64,000 bases of DNA from an uncultured Actinomycetota bacterium (GCA_963718765.1 CAVQZV010000015.1:4053-68052); one strand, 5' to 3'; shown: positions 19,988 through 29,904, counted from the first letter of the stretch. The notes: generated by a model from the letters alone, not told the origin. Numbers and translations are program-made.

Positions 19988-21151
19988 ATGGTTGCAGATC
20001 TCATTTACGCGCTGATCGGTGTCGTTGTCGTGGGCGGCGGCACAGCGGCCGTCATTCCTCTGGTCCGGTCGAGGCGGCAGCACCCCGACGGTCAGGAGCC
20101 GGGGCCTGAGCCCGGAGGCGCGACCGCGGTTGGCACGCTCGAGCGCGACGAGTCTGCGTCGGGCACGCTGGCGCCGGAGGACGTTGTCGTCGGGCCGGCG
20201 CCGAGCACCGTCATCGAAAAGCCGCCGCCGTCGGCCGGCCGGCTGACCCGGCTGCGTAGCCGGCTCGCCCGGTCGCATTCCGCGATCGGCTCCGTGCTGC
20301 TCAACCTCATCTCCACCGGCAAGCTCGACGAGCAGGCCTGGGAGCAGATGGAAGACGTCCTCATCACCTCGGACATGGGCGTCGGCCCGGCCCGCGACGT
20401 GGTCGACCAGTTGCGGACTGAGGTAAAGGTCGTCGGCACGAACGACCCCGCGGAGGTCCGCAGCCTGCTGCGGACCGGCCTGCTCGCGGTGCTCGGCCCG
20501 GATATGGACCGGTCGCTGCGACTGGCCCGGCATGGAGACCGTCCGTCGGTGGTGCTCGTCGTCGGGGTGAACGGCACCGGGAAGACCACGACGTGCGGCA
20601 AGCTGGCCCGGGTGCTCGTCGGAGACGGGAAGACGGTGGTGCTGGGCGCCGCGGACACTTTCCGCGCTGCGGCGGCAGACCAGCTGCAAACCTGGGGCGA
20701 GCGGGTCGGCGCGCAGGTCGTGCGGTCGGACCGCGAGGGCGCCGATCCGGCTAGCGTCGCCTTTGACGCGGTCAATGAGGGCATCGAGCTGGGTGTCGAC
20801 ACCGTGATCGTGGACACGGCTGGCCGGCTGCACACCAAGGTCGGTCTCATGGACGAGCTCGGCAAGATCAAGCGGGTGATCGAGCGGCACGGCACCGTCG
20901 ACGAGGTGCTGCTCGTGCTCGACGCCACCACCGGTCAGAATGGCCTGCGCCAGGCGCGGGTTTTCGCCGAGGTGGTGGACATCACCGGGATCATCCTGAC
21001 CAAGCTCGACGGCACCGCTAAGGGTGGCATCGTCATCCAGGTACAGCGAGAGCTCGGCGTCCCGGTCAAGCTGGTGGGGCTCGGCGAGGGGCCCGACGAC
21101 CTGGCGTTCTTCGATCCCGAAGTGTTCGTGGACGCGATACTGGCTGGGTAG
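19988..21151 (+). CDS. ftsY: signal recognition particle receptor FtsY
   Basis: N-terminal TM segment, NG domain with VVGVNGTGKTTT, DTAGRL, TKLDGTAKGG. Confidence 0.94.
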   Translation: MVADLIYALIGVVVVGGGTAAVIPLVRSRRQHPDGQEPGPEPGGATAVGTLERDESASGTLAPEDVVVGPAPSTVIEKPPPSAGRLTRLRSRLARSHSAIGSVLLNLISTGKLDEQAWEQMEDVLITSDMGVGPARDVVDQLRTEVKVVGTNDPAEVRSLLRTGLLAVLGPDMDRSLRLARHGDRPSVVLVVGVNGTGKTTTCGKLARVLVGDGKTVVLGAADTFRAAAADQLQTWGERVGAQVVRSDREGADPASVAFDAVNEGIELGVDTVIVDTAGRLHTKVGLMDELGKIKRVIERHGTVDEVLLVLDATTGQNGLRQARVFAEVVDITGIILTKLDGTAKGGIVIQVQRELGVPVKLVGLGEGPDDLAFFDPEVFVDAILAG

Positions 21152-21244
21152 CGCGGCGGCCCGGCCAGCGGCCGCGACCCGGGACAACCACGTTCCCGGA
21201 TAACCTTAGGTTGCGTAGACGCCCGCTCGCAGCAAGGACCTCAG

Positions 21245-22933
21245 GTGTTCGAGACTCTTTCCGATCGGCTCAACCAGGTCTTTTCATCGCTGCGTGGGCG
21301 CGGACGGCTGTCGGCGGCCGACATCGACGCGACCACCCGCGAGATCCGCATCGCGCTGCTCGAGGCAGACGTCGCGCTGCCGGTGGTGCGGACGTTTATC
21401 ACGGCCGTGCGGGAACGGGCGGGCGGGGCCGAGGTCTCGGAGTCACTGAACCCGGCGCAGCAGGTTATCAAGATCGTCAACGAGGAACTGGTCGAGATCC
21501 TCGGCGGCGAGGCACGACGGCTGCGGTTTGCCAAGAATCCGCCGACCGTGATCATGCTGGCCGGCCTGCAGGGCTCTGGTAAGACGACGCTGGCGGCCAA
21601 GCTCGCGCACTGGCTGAAGTCCCAGGGCAACACACCCCTGCTCGTCGCCGCCGACCTGCAGCGGCCGAACGCGGTCCAGCAGCTCCAGGTTCTCGGTGAG
21701 CGGGCGGGCGTGGCGGTGTTCGCCCCGTTCCCTGGCAGCGGCGTCGGTGACCCCGTGGCCGCTTCCAACATGGGCGTCGCCGAGGCGCAGCACAAGCTCT
21801 ACAACGTCGTCATCGTCGACACCGCCGGCCGGACCGGCGTCGACGAGGAGATGATGCAGCAGGCCCGCGACATCAGGGACGCCGTCGACCCGGACGAGAT
21901 CCTGTTCGTCGTGGACGCCATGATCGGCCAGGACGCCGTGGCGACGGCGCAGGCGTTCCTCGACGGCGTCGGTTACGACGGCGTTGTGCTGACCAAGCTT
22001 GACGGTGACGCCCGCGGCGGCGCGGCGCTGTCCATCCGGCAGCTGACGGGCAGGCCGGTGATGTTCGCGTCCACCGGCGAGAAGCTGGCGGACTTCGATG
22101 TCTTCCACCCCGACCGGATGGCGTCCCGCATCCTCGACCTCGGCGATGTACTGACCCTGATCGAGCAGGCTGAGCGGACCTTCGATGAGGAGCAGGCCGC
22201 CACGATGGCGGGCAAGCTCACCTCGGGCGAGGGGTTCACCCTGGAGGACTTCGTCGAGCAGCTGGCGATGGTCCGCAAGCTGGGACCGATCGGGAACCTG
22301 CTCGGCATGCTGCCCGGGGCCGCGCAGAACCGGGAGCTGCTCAGTCAGGTCAGCGACAAGGACCTGGACCGCGCGGCGGCGATCGTCAACTCGATGACCA
22401 AGGATGAGCGGCGGAACCCGAAGATCATCAACGGTTCCCGGCGGGCGCGGATCGCGGCCGGGTCCGGCGTGACTGTCGGCGAGGTGAGCCAGCTCATCGT
22501 CCGGTTCCTCGAGGGCCAGAAGATGATGAAGCAGATGATGGGCAGCATGCCCGGTATGGGCGGGATGCGGCGGACCAGCAAGTCCCGCGGCAAGGCAAAG
22601 AAGAAGGGCCGCGGCGGCGGTCGACCCGCGGGCGCGAGCCGCGGCGCCGGAGCCGGCAGTGGTGCGGGGCGCGCGGCTGCGGCTGGCGCCGACGGCAGCG
22701 CCGGCCCGGTGGGCGCAGGCGGGCTCGGCGCTGGCGGGACCGGCGCTGGCGGGACCGGCATGGCCAACCCCGCGGCGCTGCCCGGCCTCGGGTCGCTGCC
22801 CGGTCTCGGCAATGCAGGCAGCTCCGGCGGCTTCCGGCTGCCGACGCCGCCGGGCGGTCCCGGTCAGGGCGGGTCCGGCCAGCCCAACTTGCCGCCCGCC
22901 TTCCGCGGCCGCCAGGGCAAGAAGGGTCGCTAG
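21245..22933 (+). CDS. ffh: signal recognition particle protein Ffh with a ~115-aa G/A-rich C-terminal tail
   Basis: GTG start, VFETLSDRL..., GLQGSGKTT, DTAGR, TKLDGDARGG, M domain, then the low-complexity tail. Confidence 0.94.
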   Translation: MFETLSDRLNQVFSSLRGRGRLSAADIDATTREIRIALLEADVALPVVRTFITAVRERAGGAEVSESLNPAQQVIKIVNEELVEILGGEARRLRFAKNPPTVIMLAGLQGSGKTTLAAKLAHWLKSQGNTPLLVAADLQRPNAVQQLQVLGERAGVAVFAPFPGSGVGDPVAASNMGVAEAQHKLYNVVIVDTAGRTGVDEEMMQQARDIRDAVDPDEILFVVDAMIGQDAVATAQAFLDGVGYDGVVLTKLDGDARGGAALSIRQLTGRPVMFASTGEKLADFDVFHPDRMASRILDLGDVLTLIEQAERTFDEEQAATMAGKLTSGEGFTLEDFVEQLAMVRKLGPIGNLLGMLPGAAQNRELLSQVSDKDLDRAAAIVNSMTKDERRNPKIINGSRRARIAAGSGVTVGEVSQLIVRFLEGQKMMKQMMGSMPGMGGMRRTSKSRGKAKKKGRGGGRPAGASRGAGAGSGAGRAAAAGADGSAGPVGAGGLGAGGTGAGGTGMANPAALPGLGSLPGLGNAGSSGGFRLPTPPGGPGQGGSGQPNLPPAFRGRQGKKGR

Positions 22934-22951
22934 CTGCTGTCATGGGGGCAC

Positions 22952-22974
22952 GAGGGCGTCAGCAACGCCCTTCT
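22952..22974 (+). terminator. weak hairpin after ffh
   Basis: GAGGGCGT-cagca-ACGCCCTT followed by CT; 19 nt after the ffh stop. Confidence 0.35.
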
Positions 22975-23181
22975 AGTGGCGTGGATGTCGCTCTGGTGCC
23001 CTATCAGACTGCTCTGATTTAGCTCCTGCGGGCCGCGTCTGGCAGAATGTGGTGACTACGCTCGGCTACGCGGCGCCCTCTCTCGCTCGCGACACCGGGC
23101 ACCATGGGCGGCGTGCATCCGGATTCCTCACCCGGGGGGCGCGATCTGCCCGCACCAATTCGCTGGGAGAAGACCACAGCC

Positions 23182-23895
23182 GTGGCTGTCAAGATCAAGC
23201 TGAAGCGCCTGGGAAAGATCCGCGCGCCCTACTACCGGATCGTCGTCGCTGACGCCCGCACCAAGCGGGACGGTCGCGCGATCGAGGAAATCGGCAAGTA
23301 TCACCCCAAGTCCGAGCCGTCGCTTATCGAAGTCGATACCGAGCGTGTTCAGCACTGGCTGTCCGTCGGCGCCCAGCCGACCGACCCGGTGCGGAAGATC
23401 TTCGAGATCACCGGCGACTGGCAGAAGTTCAAGGGCCTGCCCGGCAGCGAGGGAACGCTGCGCACCGCCGAGCCACGGGCGGACCGGAAGGCTGCGTTCG
23501 CCGCCGCGGTTGCTGAGACGCTGGTTGAGAGCGAGGCCAAGCCGAAGTCCCGGACCTCCACCAGGTCGACCAGGGCCAAGAAGGCGGAGGCCCAGGAGCC
23601 CAAGGCGGCGGCTGAGACTGCTCCTGCGGCAGAGGCTCCGGCGGCTGAGACTGCTCCTGCGGCAGAGGCTCCTGCGGCAGAGGTTCCGGCGGCTGAGGTT
23701 CCGGCGGCTGAGGCTCCTGCGGCTGAGGCTCCTGCGGCTGAGGCTCCTGCGGCTGAGGCTCCTGCGGCTGAGGCTCCTGCGGCTGAGGCTCCTGCGGCTG
23801 AGACCGCTCCGGCGGCTGAGGCTCCGGCAGCTGAGACGGCAGAGCAGACTGAGGCGGCTGCAGACGGCGCCGGCGAGGAAGATGGCAGCTCCTGA
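23182..23895 (+). CDS. rpsP: 30S ribosomal protein S16 with a long A/E/P repeat C-terminal extension (237 aa)
   Basis: GTG 23182: [42 protein letters not shown]... The upstream part of tracked ORF 23104..23895 is not S16-like. Confidence 0.9.
   Translation: MAVKIKLKRLGKIRAPYYRIVVADARTKRDGRAIEEIGKYHPKSEPSLIEVDTERVQHWLSVGAQPTDPVRKIFEITGDWQKFKGLPGSEGTLRTAEPRADRKAAFAAAVAETLVESEAKPKSRTSTRSTRAKKAEAQEPKAAAETAPAAEAPAAETAPAAEAPAAEVPAAEVPAAEAPAAEAPAAEAPAAEAPAAEAPAAEAPAAETAPAAEAPAAETAEQTEAAADGAGEEDGSS
23608..23835 (+). repeat. 15-nt tandem repeat (GCTGAGGCTCCTGCG; six perfect copies 23707-23796 plus degenerate flanks) encoding (AEAPA)n
   Basis: Read directly from the sequence; lies in frame within rpsP. 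Confidence 0.9.
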
Positions 23896-23896
23896 C

Positions 23897-24139
23897 ATGC
23901 TCGAGGAGGCCCTGGAGCACCTGGTCAAGGGGATCGTCGAGCACCCTGAGGACGTCCAAGTCGACAGCCGCGGGCTGCGCCGCGGACGTGTGCTCGAGGT
24001 GCGCGTGCACCCCGATGACCTCGGCAAGGTCATCGGTCGCGGTGGCCGCACGGCCAGAGCGCTGCGGACCGTGATCGGCTCGCTGGCCGGGAGCAACTAC
24101 GTTCGCGTCGACCTGCTGGATGCCGACGAGGTTCGCTAG
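23897..24139 (+). CDS. KH-domain RNA-binding protein (YlqC/Rv2908c-like)
   Basis: MLEEALEHLVKGIVEHPEDVQV...GKVIGRGGRTARALRTV (GXXG KH motif). Alternative ATG at 23882. Confidence 0.88.
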   Translation: MLEEALEHLVKGIVEHPEDVQVDSRGLRRGRVLEVRVHPDDLGKVIGRGGRTARALRTVIGSLAGSNYVRVDLLDADEVR

Positions 24140-24144
24140 CCGCC

Positions 24145-24672
24145 ATGCAGCTCGTAGTCGGCCGGATTAGCAGGCCGCACGGCGTACGCGGCGAGCTGGC
24201 AGTCGAGGTCCGGACCGACGATCCGGAGCTGCGGCTCGCTGCGGGTGCCGTGCTGGAAACCGAGCCCGCCGCCGCCGGACCGCTCACCGTCGCCGGCACA
24301 CGGTGGCACTCCGGCAGGCTGCTGGTCAGGTTTGCTGACATCGAGGACCGGGCCGCTGCGGAGTCGCTGCGCGGCACGCTGCTGCTGGTCGACTCGGCGG
24401 ACCTCGAGGACCTGCCAGACCCGGACAGCTATCGTGACCACGAGCTCATTGGGCTGACCGTGGTCGGACCTGACGGCGCACCGGTCGGCGCCGTCACGGA
24501 CGTCCTCCACCACGGGCAGGACCTCCTGGTCGTGGCCGGCAGCGGCTCGCGGGCCGGAGCGGAGATCCTGATCCCGTTCGTGGCTGCCATCGTGACCGAG
24601 GTAGACCTGGAGGCCCGCCTGGTGCGAGTCGACCCGCCTGCCGGGCTGCTCGATCCGGAGGCCGCGATCTGA
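24145..24672 (+). CDS. rimM: 16S rRNA processing protein RimM
   Basis: MQLVVGRISRPHGVRGELAVEVRTDDPE; 175 aa. Confidence 0.92.
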   Translation: MQLVVGRISRPHGVRGELAVEVRTDDPELRLAAGAVLETEPAAAGPLTVAGTRWHSGRLLVRFADIEDRAAAESLRGTLLLVDSADLEDLPDPDSYRDHELIGLTVVGPDGAPVGAVTDVLHHGQDLLVVAGSGSRAGAEILIPFVAAIVTEVDLEARLVRVDPPAGLLDPEAAI

Positions 24673-24677
24673 GCTGG

Positions 24678-25499
24678 GTGGCAGGCGGAGGCAGCACCGT
24701 GCGCATCGACATCATCACGATCTTCCCTGAGTACTTCGGTCCGTTGGGCGTCTCGCTCATCGGGAAGGCGGCCGACCGCGGCGACATCACCTTTGGCGTG
24801 CACGACCTGCGGGACTGGGCTCACGACCTGCACCGGACTGTGGACGACGCGCCGTTCGGCGGCGGACCGGGCATGGTGATGAAGCCTGAGCCGTGGGGCG
24901 AGGCGCTGGCCACTGTGCTGGCGCGGCGGGTGGACGCCCCGCCGCCGGAAGCTGGCCCGCTGCTGCTGATCCCGACCCCGACCGGCGTGCCGTTCACCCA
25001 GCAGACCGCGGAACGGTACGCCAGCGAGAGCTGGCTGATCTTCGCCTGCGGTCGGTACGAGGGGATCGACGCGCGGGTCGCCGAGGACGCTCGGACCCGC
25101 ATGCGCGTCGAGGAGGTGAGCATCGGTGACTATGTGCTGGCCGGCGGCGAGCTGGCCGTCCTGGTGATGGCGGAAGCAGTCTGCCGGCTGCTGCCCGGCG
25201 TGCTGGGCAACGCCGAGTCCGCCGCGGACGACTCGTTCGGTGCGGGCCTGCTCGAAGGTCCCGCCTACACCCGGCCGCGGGTCTGGCGCGGCCGCGATGT
25301 ACCGCCCGCGCTGCTGTCGGGCGACCACGCCGCGATCGCCCGATGGCGCCGGGACGCCGCGCTGCGCCGGACCGCGGAGAACCGGCCTGACCTGATAGCA
25401 CGGCTAGTCCGGGAGGCACCTGACCTGCTGGACTCCCGCGACCGGGCGGTGCTGGCTGAGGCCGGTTTTCCGGTTGACGGCCAAGATATGGCACACTAA
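24678..25499 (+). CDS. trmD: tRNA (guanine37-N1)-methyltransferase
   Basis: [12 protein letters not shown]..., [21 protein letters not shown]. Confidence 0.94.
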   Translation: MAGGGSTVRIDIITIFPEYFGPLGVSLIGKAADRGDITFGVHDLRDWAHDLHRTVDDAPFGGGPGMVMKPEPWGEALATVLARRVDAPPPEAGPLLLIPTPTGVPFTQQTAERYASESWLIFACGRYEGIDARVAEDARTRMRVEEVSIGDYVLAGGELAVLVMAEAVCRLLPGVLGNAESAADDSFGAGLLEGPAYTRPRVWRGRDVPPALLSGDHAAIARWRRDAALRRTAENRPDLIARLVREAPDLLDSRDRAVLAEAGFPVDGQDMAH

Positions 25500-25621
25500 A
25501 GGCACCGCCCCACAGCAGGCATGCTTGTGCTCTCGTGGCTCAGTCGCCCGGGGCGTACAGACATCAGACCGATCCAGCGCGTTCGCAGGCGTGCGCTGAT
25601 GATGACCGAGGAAGCGCAGCG

Positions 25622-25984
25622 ATGCACACCGCGATTGCCGAGCTAGAGCAGGCGCAGATCCGATCCGACATCCCGGACTTCCGCCCTGGCGACACCCTCA
25701 AGGTCCACGTCAAGGTCACGGAGGGCAACCGCTCTCGGATCCAGGTGTTCCAGGGTGTGGTCATCCGCCGCCAGGGCGGCGGCGTCAGGGAGACCTTCAC
25801 CGTTCGCAAGATCAGCTACGGCGTCGGCGTCGAGCGCACCTTCCCGGTGCACACGCCCGCGATCGACAAGATCGAGGTCGTGACCAGGGGCCGGGTGCGC
25901 CGGGCGAAGCTGTACTACCTCCGCGAGCTGCGGGGCAAGCGGGCCAGGATCCGGGAGCGGCGCGAGACCACGCCTGCTCGGTAG
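25622..25984 (+). CDS. rplS: 50S ribosomal protein L19
   Basis: ATG 25622 inside ORF 25535..25984; [32 protein letters not shown]. Confidence 0.94.
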   Translation: MHTAIAELEQAQIRSDIPDFRPGDTLKVHVKVTEGNRSRIQVFQGVVIRRQGGGVRETFTVRKISYGVGVERTFPVHTPAIDKIEVVTRGRVRRAKLYYLRELRGKRARIRERRETTPAR

Positions 25985-26026
25985 CGTCCATACCCGGCTG
26001 TCACGTAGGCGCGACAGGGTACGGCG

Positions 26027-26986
26027 GTGACAGCCGAGCCCGCAGAGGCAGGCGACCCGCCCGTCGTTGCGCGGAGGGCTCGGCCGCTGGCCCGCGAGCT
26101 GCCACTGCTACTCGTCGTCGCGCTCGTCATCGCGATCGTCATCAAGACCTTCGTGGTACAGGCCTTCGTCATCCCGACCGGCTCCATGCAGGACACGCTG
26201 GACGTTGGCGACAAGATCCTGGTCAGCAAGGTCGTCTACCACTTCCGGGCGATTCAGCCCGGCGACATCGTCGTCTTCGACGGAACCGGCAGCTGGGACC
26301 CGGCTCAGCCCGCCGTGACGCCCGGCCAGGGACTCGCGACCCGTATCTACGACGACACGCTGCGCAAGGGGTTCGACGCCGTCGGCAGCCTGTTCGGCTC
26401 ACCGCTCAACGAGACCGACTACGTCAAGCGCGTGATCGGCGTGCCAGGGGACCACGTCGTGTGCTGCAACGCCCAGGGCCTGATCACCGTCAACGGCGTG
26501 GCGCTGGACGAGCACTCCTACCTGTATCCGGGCAATCCGCCTACCAGTGCGCCGCCAGGGGAACCTAGTCGCTTTACCATCACCGTGCCGCCTGGTTACC
26601 TCTGGGTGCTCGGCGACCACCGGGGCATTTCCGATGATTCCCGTGGTCACCAGGCCGACCCTGGCAACGGCATGATCCCTGAGAACAAGGTGATCGGCCG
26701 CGCGTTCGTCATTGCCTGGCCGCCCAGCCGATGGCGAATCCTGCCGATCCCGGCCACCTTCGGCCAGCGGGGCATCGTGCGGGCTGGATCGGCCGCGGCT
26801 GCCGCGTCCCTTCCTGCTGCGGCGGGCGCTGCGGTCGCCGTTCCCCTCTTCATTGGCTACCGGCGGACGCGGCGGACAAGGGCCCGCCCGGATCCGGATG
26901 CGTTACCGGAGCAAAGCCGAGGGAAAGCCGAACCGAGCACATTCCTGACCCGCTGCCGGCCGGACGGCCGGATAGGCTCTGCGTGA
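26027..26986 (+). CDS. lepB: signal peptidase I (copy 1)
   Basis: TM segment, catalytic PTGSMQDTL and KRVIGVPGD, GDHRGISDDSR. Confidence 0.9.
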   Translation: MTAEPAEAGDPPVVARRARPLARELPLLLVVALVIAIVIKTFVVQAFVIPTGSMQDTLDVGDKILVSKVVYHFRAIQPGDIVVFDGTGSWDPAQPAVTPGQGLATRIYDDTLRKGFDAVGSLFGSPLNETDYVKRVIGVPGDHVVCCNAQGLITVNGVALDEHSYLYPGNPPTSAPPGEPSRFTITVPPGYLWVLGDHRGISDDSRGHQADPGNGMIPENKVIGRAFVIAWPPSRWRILPIPATFGQRGIVRAGSAAAAASLPAAAGAAVAVPLFIGYRRTRRTRARPDPDALPEQSRGKAEPSTFLTRCRPDGRIGSA

Positions 26987-28002
26987 TGAACGACGAGCAG
27001 GGCAGCCCGGACTGGCTGACAGAGGATCTCGGCGCCCATGGCGGCGCGGCCGAGCCAGTAGCGGCCGCCACGGCCCGGCAGGACCCGCCAGAGCCACAGG
27101 AGCCGCGGGAGGAGCCGGCTGGCGGCCAGGAGCCGTCTGATGGGCAGCAGGACGCCTCCAAGCCGAGGGCTCGGAGAGGTCAGCGGCGCTTGTCCGCCTG
27201 GCAGGAGCTGCCGATACTGATCGTGGTGGCGCTCGCCATCGCGCTCGTTATCAAGAGTTTCGTCGTGCAGCCGTTCTTCATCCCTTCGTCCTCGATGGAA
27301 GACACGCTTTTGATCGGCGATAAGGTCCTGGTCAACAAGCTCGTGTATGACTTCCGTAGCGTCGACCGTGGCGATGTCATCGTCTTCAACGGCACCGGGT
27401 CATGGAATCCGCCGGCCCCGGTCAGCCGCTCGTCATCGGACCCGATAGTTCGTGCCTATGACGTCACCCTGCGGCCGCTGTTCAGCTCGATCGCGGGGCT
27501 GTTCGGAACCCCGGCTGATCAGGGGACGGACTATGTCAAACGGGTCATCGGCCTGCCGGGCGATCATGTGGCGTGCTGCAACGCGCAGGGACTCGTGACG
27601 GTCAACGGCGTGCCGCTGCGCGAGTCGTCGTACCTGTACCCCGGTGCGGCCCCGTCGGCGATCCATTTCAGCATCACGGTGCCCAAGGGCCGGCTGTGGG
27701 TGATGGGCGACAACCGGTCGGTTTCGGACGACTCGCGGATGCGGACCGGGGATCCGGGCGCCGGCACGATCCCGGAGAACGAAGTGATCGGCCGCGCCTT
27801 CATTGTCGTGTGGCCGCCCAGCCGCTGGCGGACCTTGCCGATTCCGGCGACGTTTGACCAGCCAGCGCTCACGACGGCGGCCGCCGGGGCGCCGTACGCG
27901 CCGCTAGTCGCAGGCGTCGGCGCTGCGGTGCCGCTGACCTGGCTGCAGCGCCGGGCCCGGCGCGGGGTTCAGTACCACCGTCAAGCCATGAAGCGCCCGT
28001 GA
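26986..28002 (+). CDS. lepB: signal peptidase I (copy 2)
   Basis: ATG 26986 (MNDEQGSPDW...) shares one nucleotide with the copy-1 stop codon (TGA 26984-26986). PSSSMEDTL, KRVIGLPGD, GDNRSVSDDSR. The upstream part of tracked ORF 26731..28002 lies inside copy 1. Confidence 0.88.
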   Translation: MNDEQGSPDWLTEDLGAHGGAAEPVAAATARQDPPEPQEPREEPAGGQEPSDGQQDASKPRARRGQRRLSAWQELPILIVVALAIALVIKSFVVQPFFIPSSSMEDTLLIGDKVLVNKLVYDFRSVDRGDVIVFNGTGSWNPPAPVSRSSSDPIVRAYDVTLRPLFSSIAGLFGTPADQGTDYVKRVIGLPGDHVACCNAQGLVTVNGVPLRESSYLYPGAAPSAIHFSITVPKGRLWVMGDNRSVSDDSRMRTGDPGAGTIPENEVIGRAFIVVWPPSRWRTLPIPATFDQPALTTAAAGAPYAPLVAGVGAAVPLTWLQRRARRGVQYHRQAMKRP

Positions 28003-28874
28003 CGGTGCCCGCGGCCAGGTCAGATCGCCCGGTGGGCTTGACCCCCCGGCGGGACAGCGGGCTGACCGGCTACGAGCGGGTGCTGGCGAGAGCCGGGTTC
28101 GGGCCGGTGGCAGGGGTGGATGAGGCGGGCCGCGGAGCGTGCGCCGGGCCCCTGGTCGTCGCTGCAGTCATGCTGCGGCCGGCTCGCATGGGTCGGCTGA
28201 CCGAGCTGGCCGACTCCAAGGCCCTGACCGCTGAGGCCAGGAACGCCGCATATCGTCAGGTTATGGAGGCGGCACTCGACTGGCATGTGGTGGTCATCCC
28301 GGCCGCTGACATCGACCGCATCGGGCTGCACGTGTGCAACGTGGCCGGGATGCGGCGCGCGCTCGCCGGTCTCCGGCACCGGCCCGGCTACGTGCTGACC
28401 GACGGGTTTCCGGTGCGCGGGCTGACGGCCCCGGCGCTGGCCATGTGGAAGGGTGACCAGGTGGTGGCGTGCGTCGCGGCCGCGTCCGTGGTGGCCAAGG
28501 TCACCAGGGACGCGCTGATGCGCGACCTCGGCGAGGATTTTCCGGACTATGGGTTTGCCCGGCATAAGGGATATTCCACCCCCGCCCATATGCGGGCGCT
28601 GGCCGCCCGCGGGCCGTGCTCCGAGCACCGGAAGTCCTTCGTTAACGTGCGCGGCTGCCGTCCAGCCGATGTCGAGCAGGCGCTGGAGAGCGAGGAGATT
28701 CTCGATCCGGCGGTCACGGATATGCCGGACATCGCGGGCGCCGTCCGCGACAACGAAGGCCGCCAGGTCTCGTGCTACGGGCCTGGCAGTGGGCAGAATG
28801 GCCCTATCGTTGACGTCGTCGACGAGCCTGGCTGGCCGACGGCAGGCCTCGCGGTGATGGCCCGCGGCGCCTGA
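27999..28874 (+). CDS. rnhB: ribonuclease HII
   Basis: GVDEAGRGACAGPLVVAAV, DSKALT motifs, C-terminal extension. Confidence 0.92.
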   Translation: MTVPAARSDRPVGLTPRRDSGLTGYERVLARAGFGPVAGVDEAGRGACAGPLVVAAVMLRPARMGRLTELADSKALTAEARNAAYRQVMEAALDWHVVVIPAADIDRIGLHVCNVAGMRRALAGLRHRPGYVLTDGFPVRGLTAPALAMWKGDQVVACVAAASVVAKVTRDALMRDLGEDFPDYGFARHKGYSTPAHMRALAARGPCSEHRKSFVNVRGCRPADVEQALESEEILDPAVTDMPDIAGAVRDNEGRQVSCYGPGSGQNGPIVDVVDEPGWPTAGLAVMARGA

Positions 28875-28888
28875 TCGGAGGGGAGAAC

Positions 28889-29203
28889 ATGAGCGCGGAG
28901 GATCTCGAGAAGTACGAGACCGAGATGGAGCTTCAGCTCTATCGCGAGTACCGCGACGTGGTCGGCCTCTTCACGCACGTGGTGGAGACCGAGCGGCGGT
29001 TTTACCTCACCAACCAGGTCGAGCTCAACGTCCGCCAGGCCGACAACGGCGAGGTTTTCTTCGAGGTCACGATGCAGGACGCCTGGGTCTGGGACATGTA
29101 TCGGCCCGCCCGGTTCGTGAAGAATGTTCGTGTTGTCACGTTTAAGGATGTCAACGTCGAAGAGCTCGCCAAGAGCGATCTGGAGATTCCCGACTCCAAG
29201 TAA
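28889..29203 (+). CDS. DUF2469 family protein (Rv2901c-like)
   Basis: MSAEDLEKYETEMELQLYREYRDVVGLF...; 104 aa. Confidence 0.88.
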   Translation: MSAEDLEKYETEMELQLYREYRDVVGLFTHVVETERRFYLTNQVELNVRQADNGEVFFEVTMQDAWVWDMYRPARFVKNVRVVTFKDVNVEELAKSDLEIPDSK

Positions 29204-29424
29204 CAGCAGGGAACGGGGTCGAAGTGGGCCGCGGCCGCTCGTCAGGTCGATGACATCGTCCGGTCGGCCGACGCGGCATTATGCCGGGCCCAGTGACACT
29301 TTCCGGAAGTTATCCACCAGTCGATCGTCGTCTGGCCCGGCCCGGGCTGCTTTTCCCCGGGCGCGCTGCCGTCCGCGCGGCCTGCTGTCCCTGCCCGGCA
29401 GGGTGGCGGTCGGAGGTGGTGGCC

Positions 29425-29781
29425 GTGAACCCGAAGGATCTGCTCGGACAGCAGGGTGAGCAGCTGGCGGCGAAGTTCCTCACTGACGCTGGTCTGTCCG
29501 TACTCGGCCGGAACTGGCGCTGCACACTCGGCGAGATCGACATCGTGGCCGTCGAAGGAAGGACGCTGGTCGTCTGCGAGGTCAAAACCAGGTCCGGAGT
29601 GCGGTTCGGCACGCCGCTGGAGGCGATCACCCGCCAGAAAGCGCACCGGCTGCGCAGGCTCGCGGTGGCGTGGGTGCGCGCCCACGGCCTGGTCTTCGAT
29701 CAGATCAGGATTGATGTCATCGGGGTGCTGAGGGCCCAATCGGGTGAGTTCTCCATCGAGTACGTGCGCGGGGTGAGCTAG
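29425..29781 (+). CDS. YraN/UPF0102 family endonuclease-like protein
   Basis: GTG 29425 inside ORF 29281..29781; GEQLAAKFL...RNWRCTLGEIDIVA...LVVCEVKTR. Confidence 0.85.
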   Translation: MNPKDLLGQQGEQLAAKFLTDAGLSVLGRNWRCTLGEIDIVAVEGRTLVVCEVKTRSGVRFGTPLEAITRQKAHRLRRLAVAWVRAHGLVFDQIRIDVIGVLRAQSGEFSIEYVRGVS

Positions 29782-29797
29782 CGCGCCGATGGCGCGC
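29781..29797. terminator. GC hairpin right after the yraN stop
   Basis: GCGCGCC-gat-GGCGCGC. A second 9-bp hairpin ACGTGAGCG/CGCTCACGT lies at 29829-29853, between the convergent genes. Confidence 0.3.
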
Positions 29798-29904
29798 CTG
29801 CATGCAAGGGCCATGGCCGGAGCCAGGGACGTGAGCGATGCGGCCGCTCACGTGCCCAAGCTCCGGCAAGTTTTTCGAACGGGTGGACCGGACCTGTCGG
29901 CCCG

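Noticed and set aside
23608-23835. Possible CRISPR-like array because of regularly spaced identical 15-mers.
   Set aside because: The repeats are contiguous with no spacers, lie in frame inside rpsP, and no cas genes are present.
23128-24139. ORFs 23128..24096(-), 23345..24139(+) and 23429..24010(-) with RRSLS / LRLRLL / PQEPQ repeats.
   Set aside because: These are the S16 15-nt tandem repeat read in other frames or on the other strand. Only the 3' end of 23345..24139 (the KH protein from 23897) is real.
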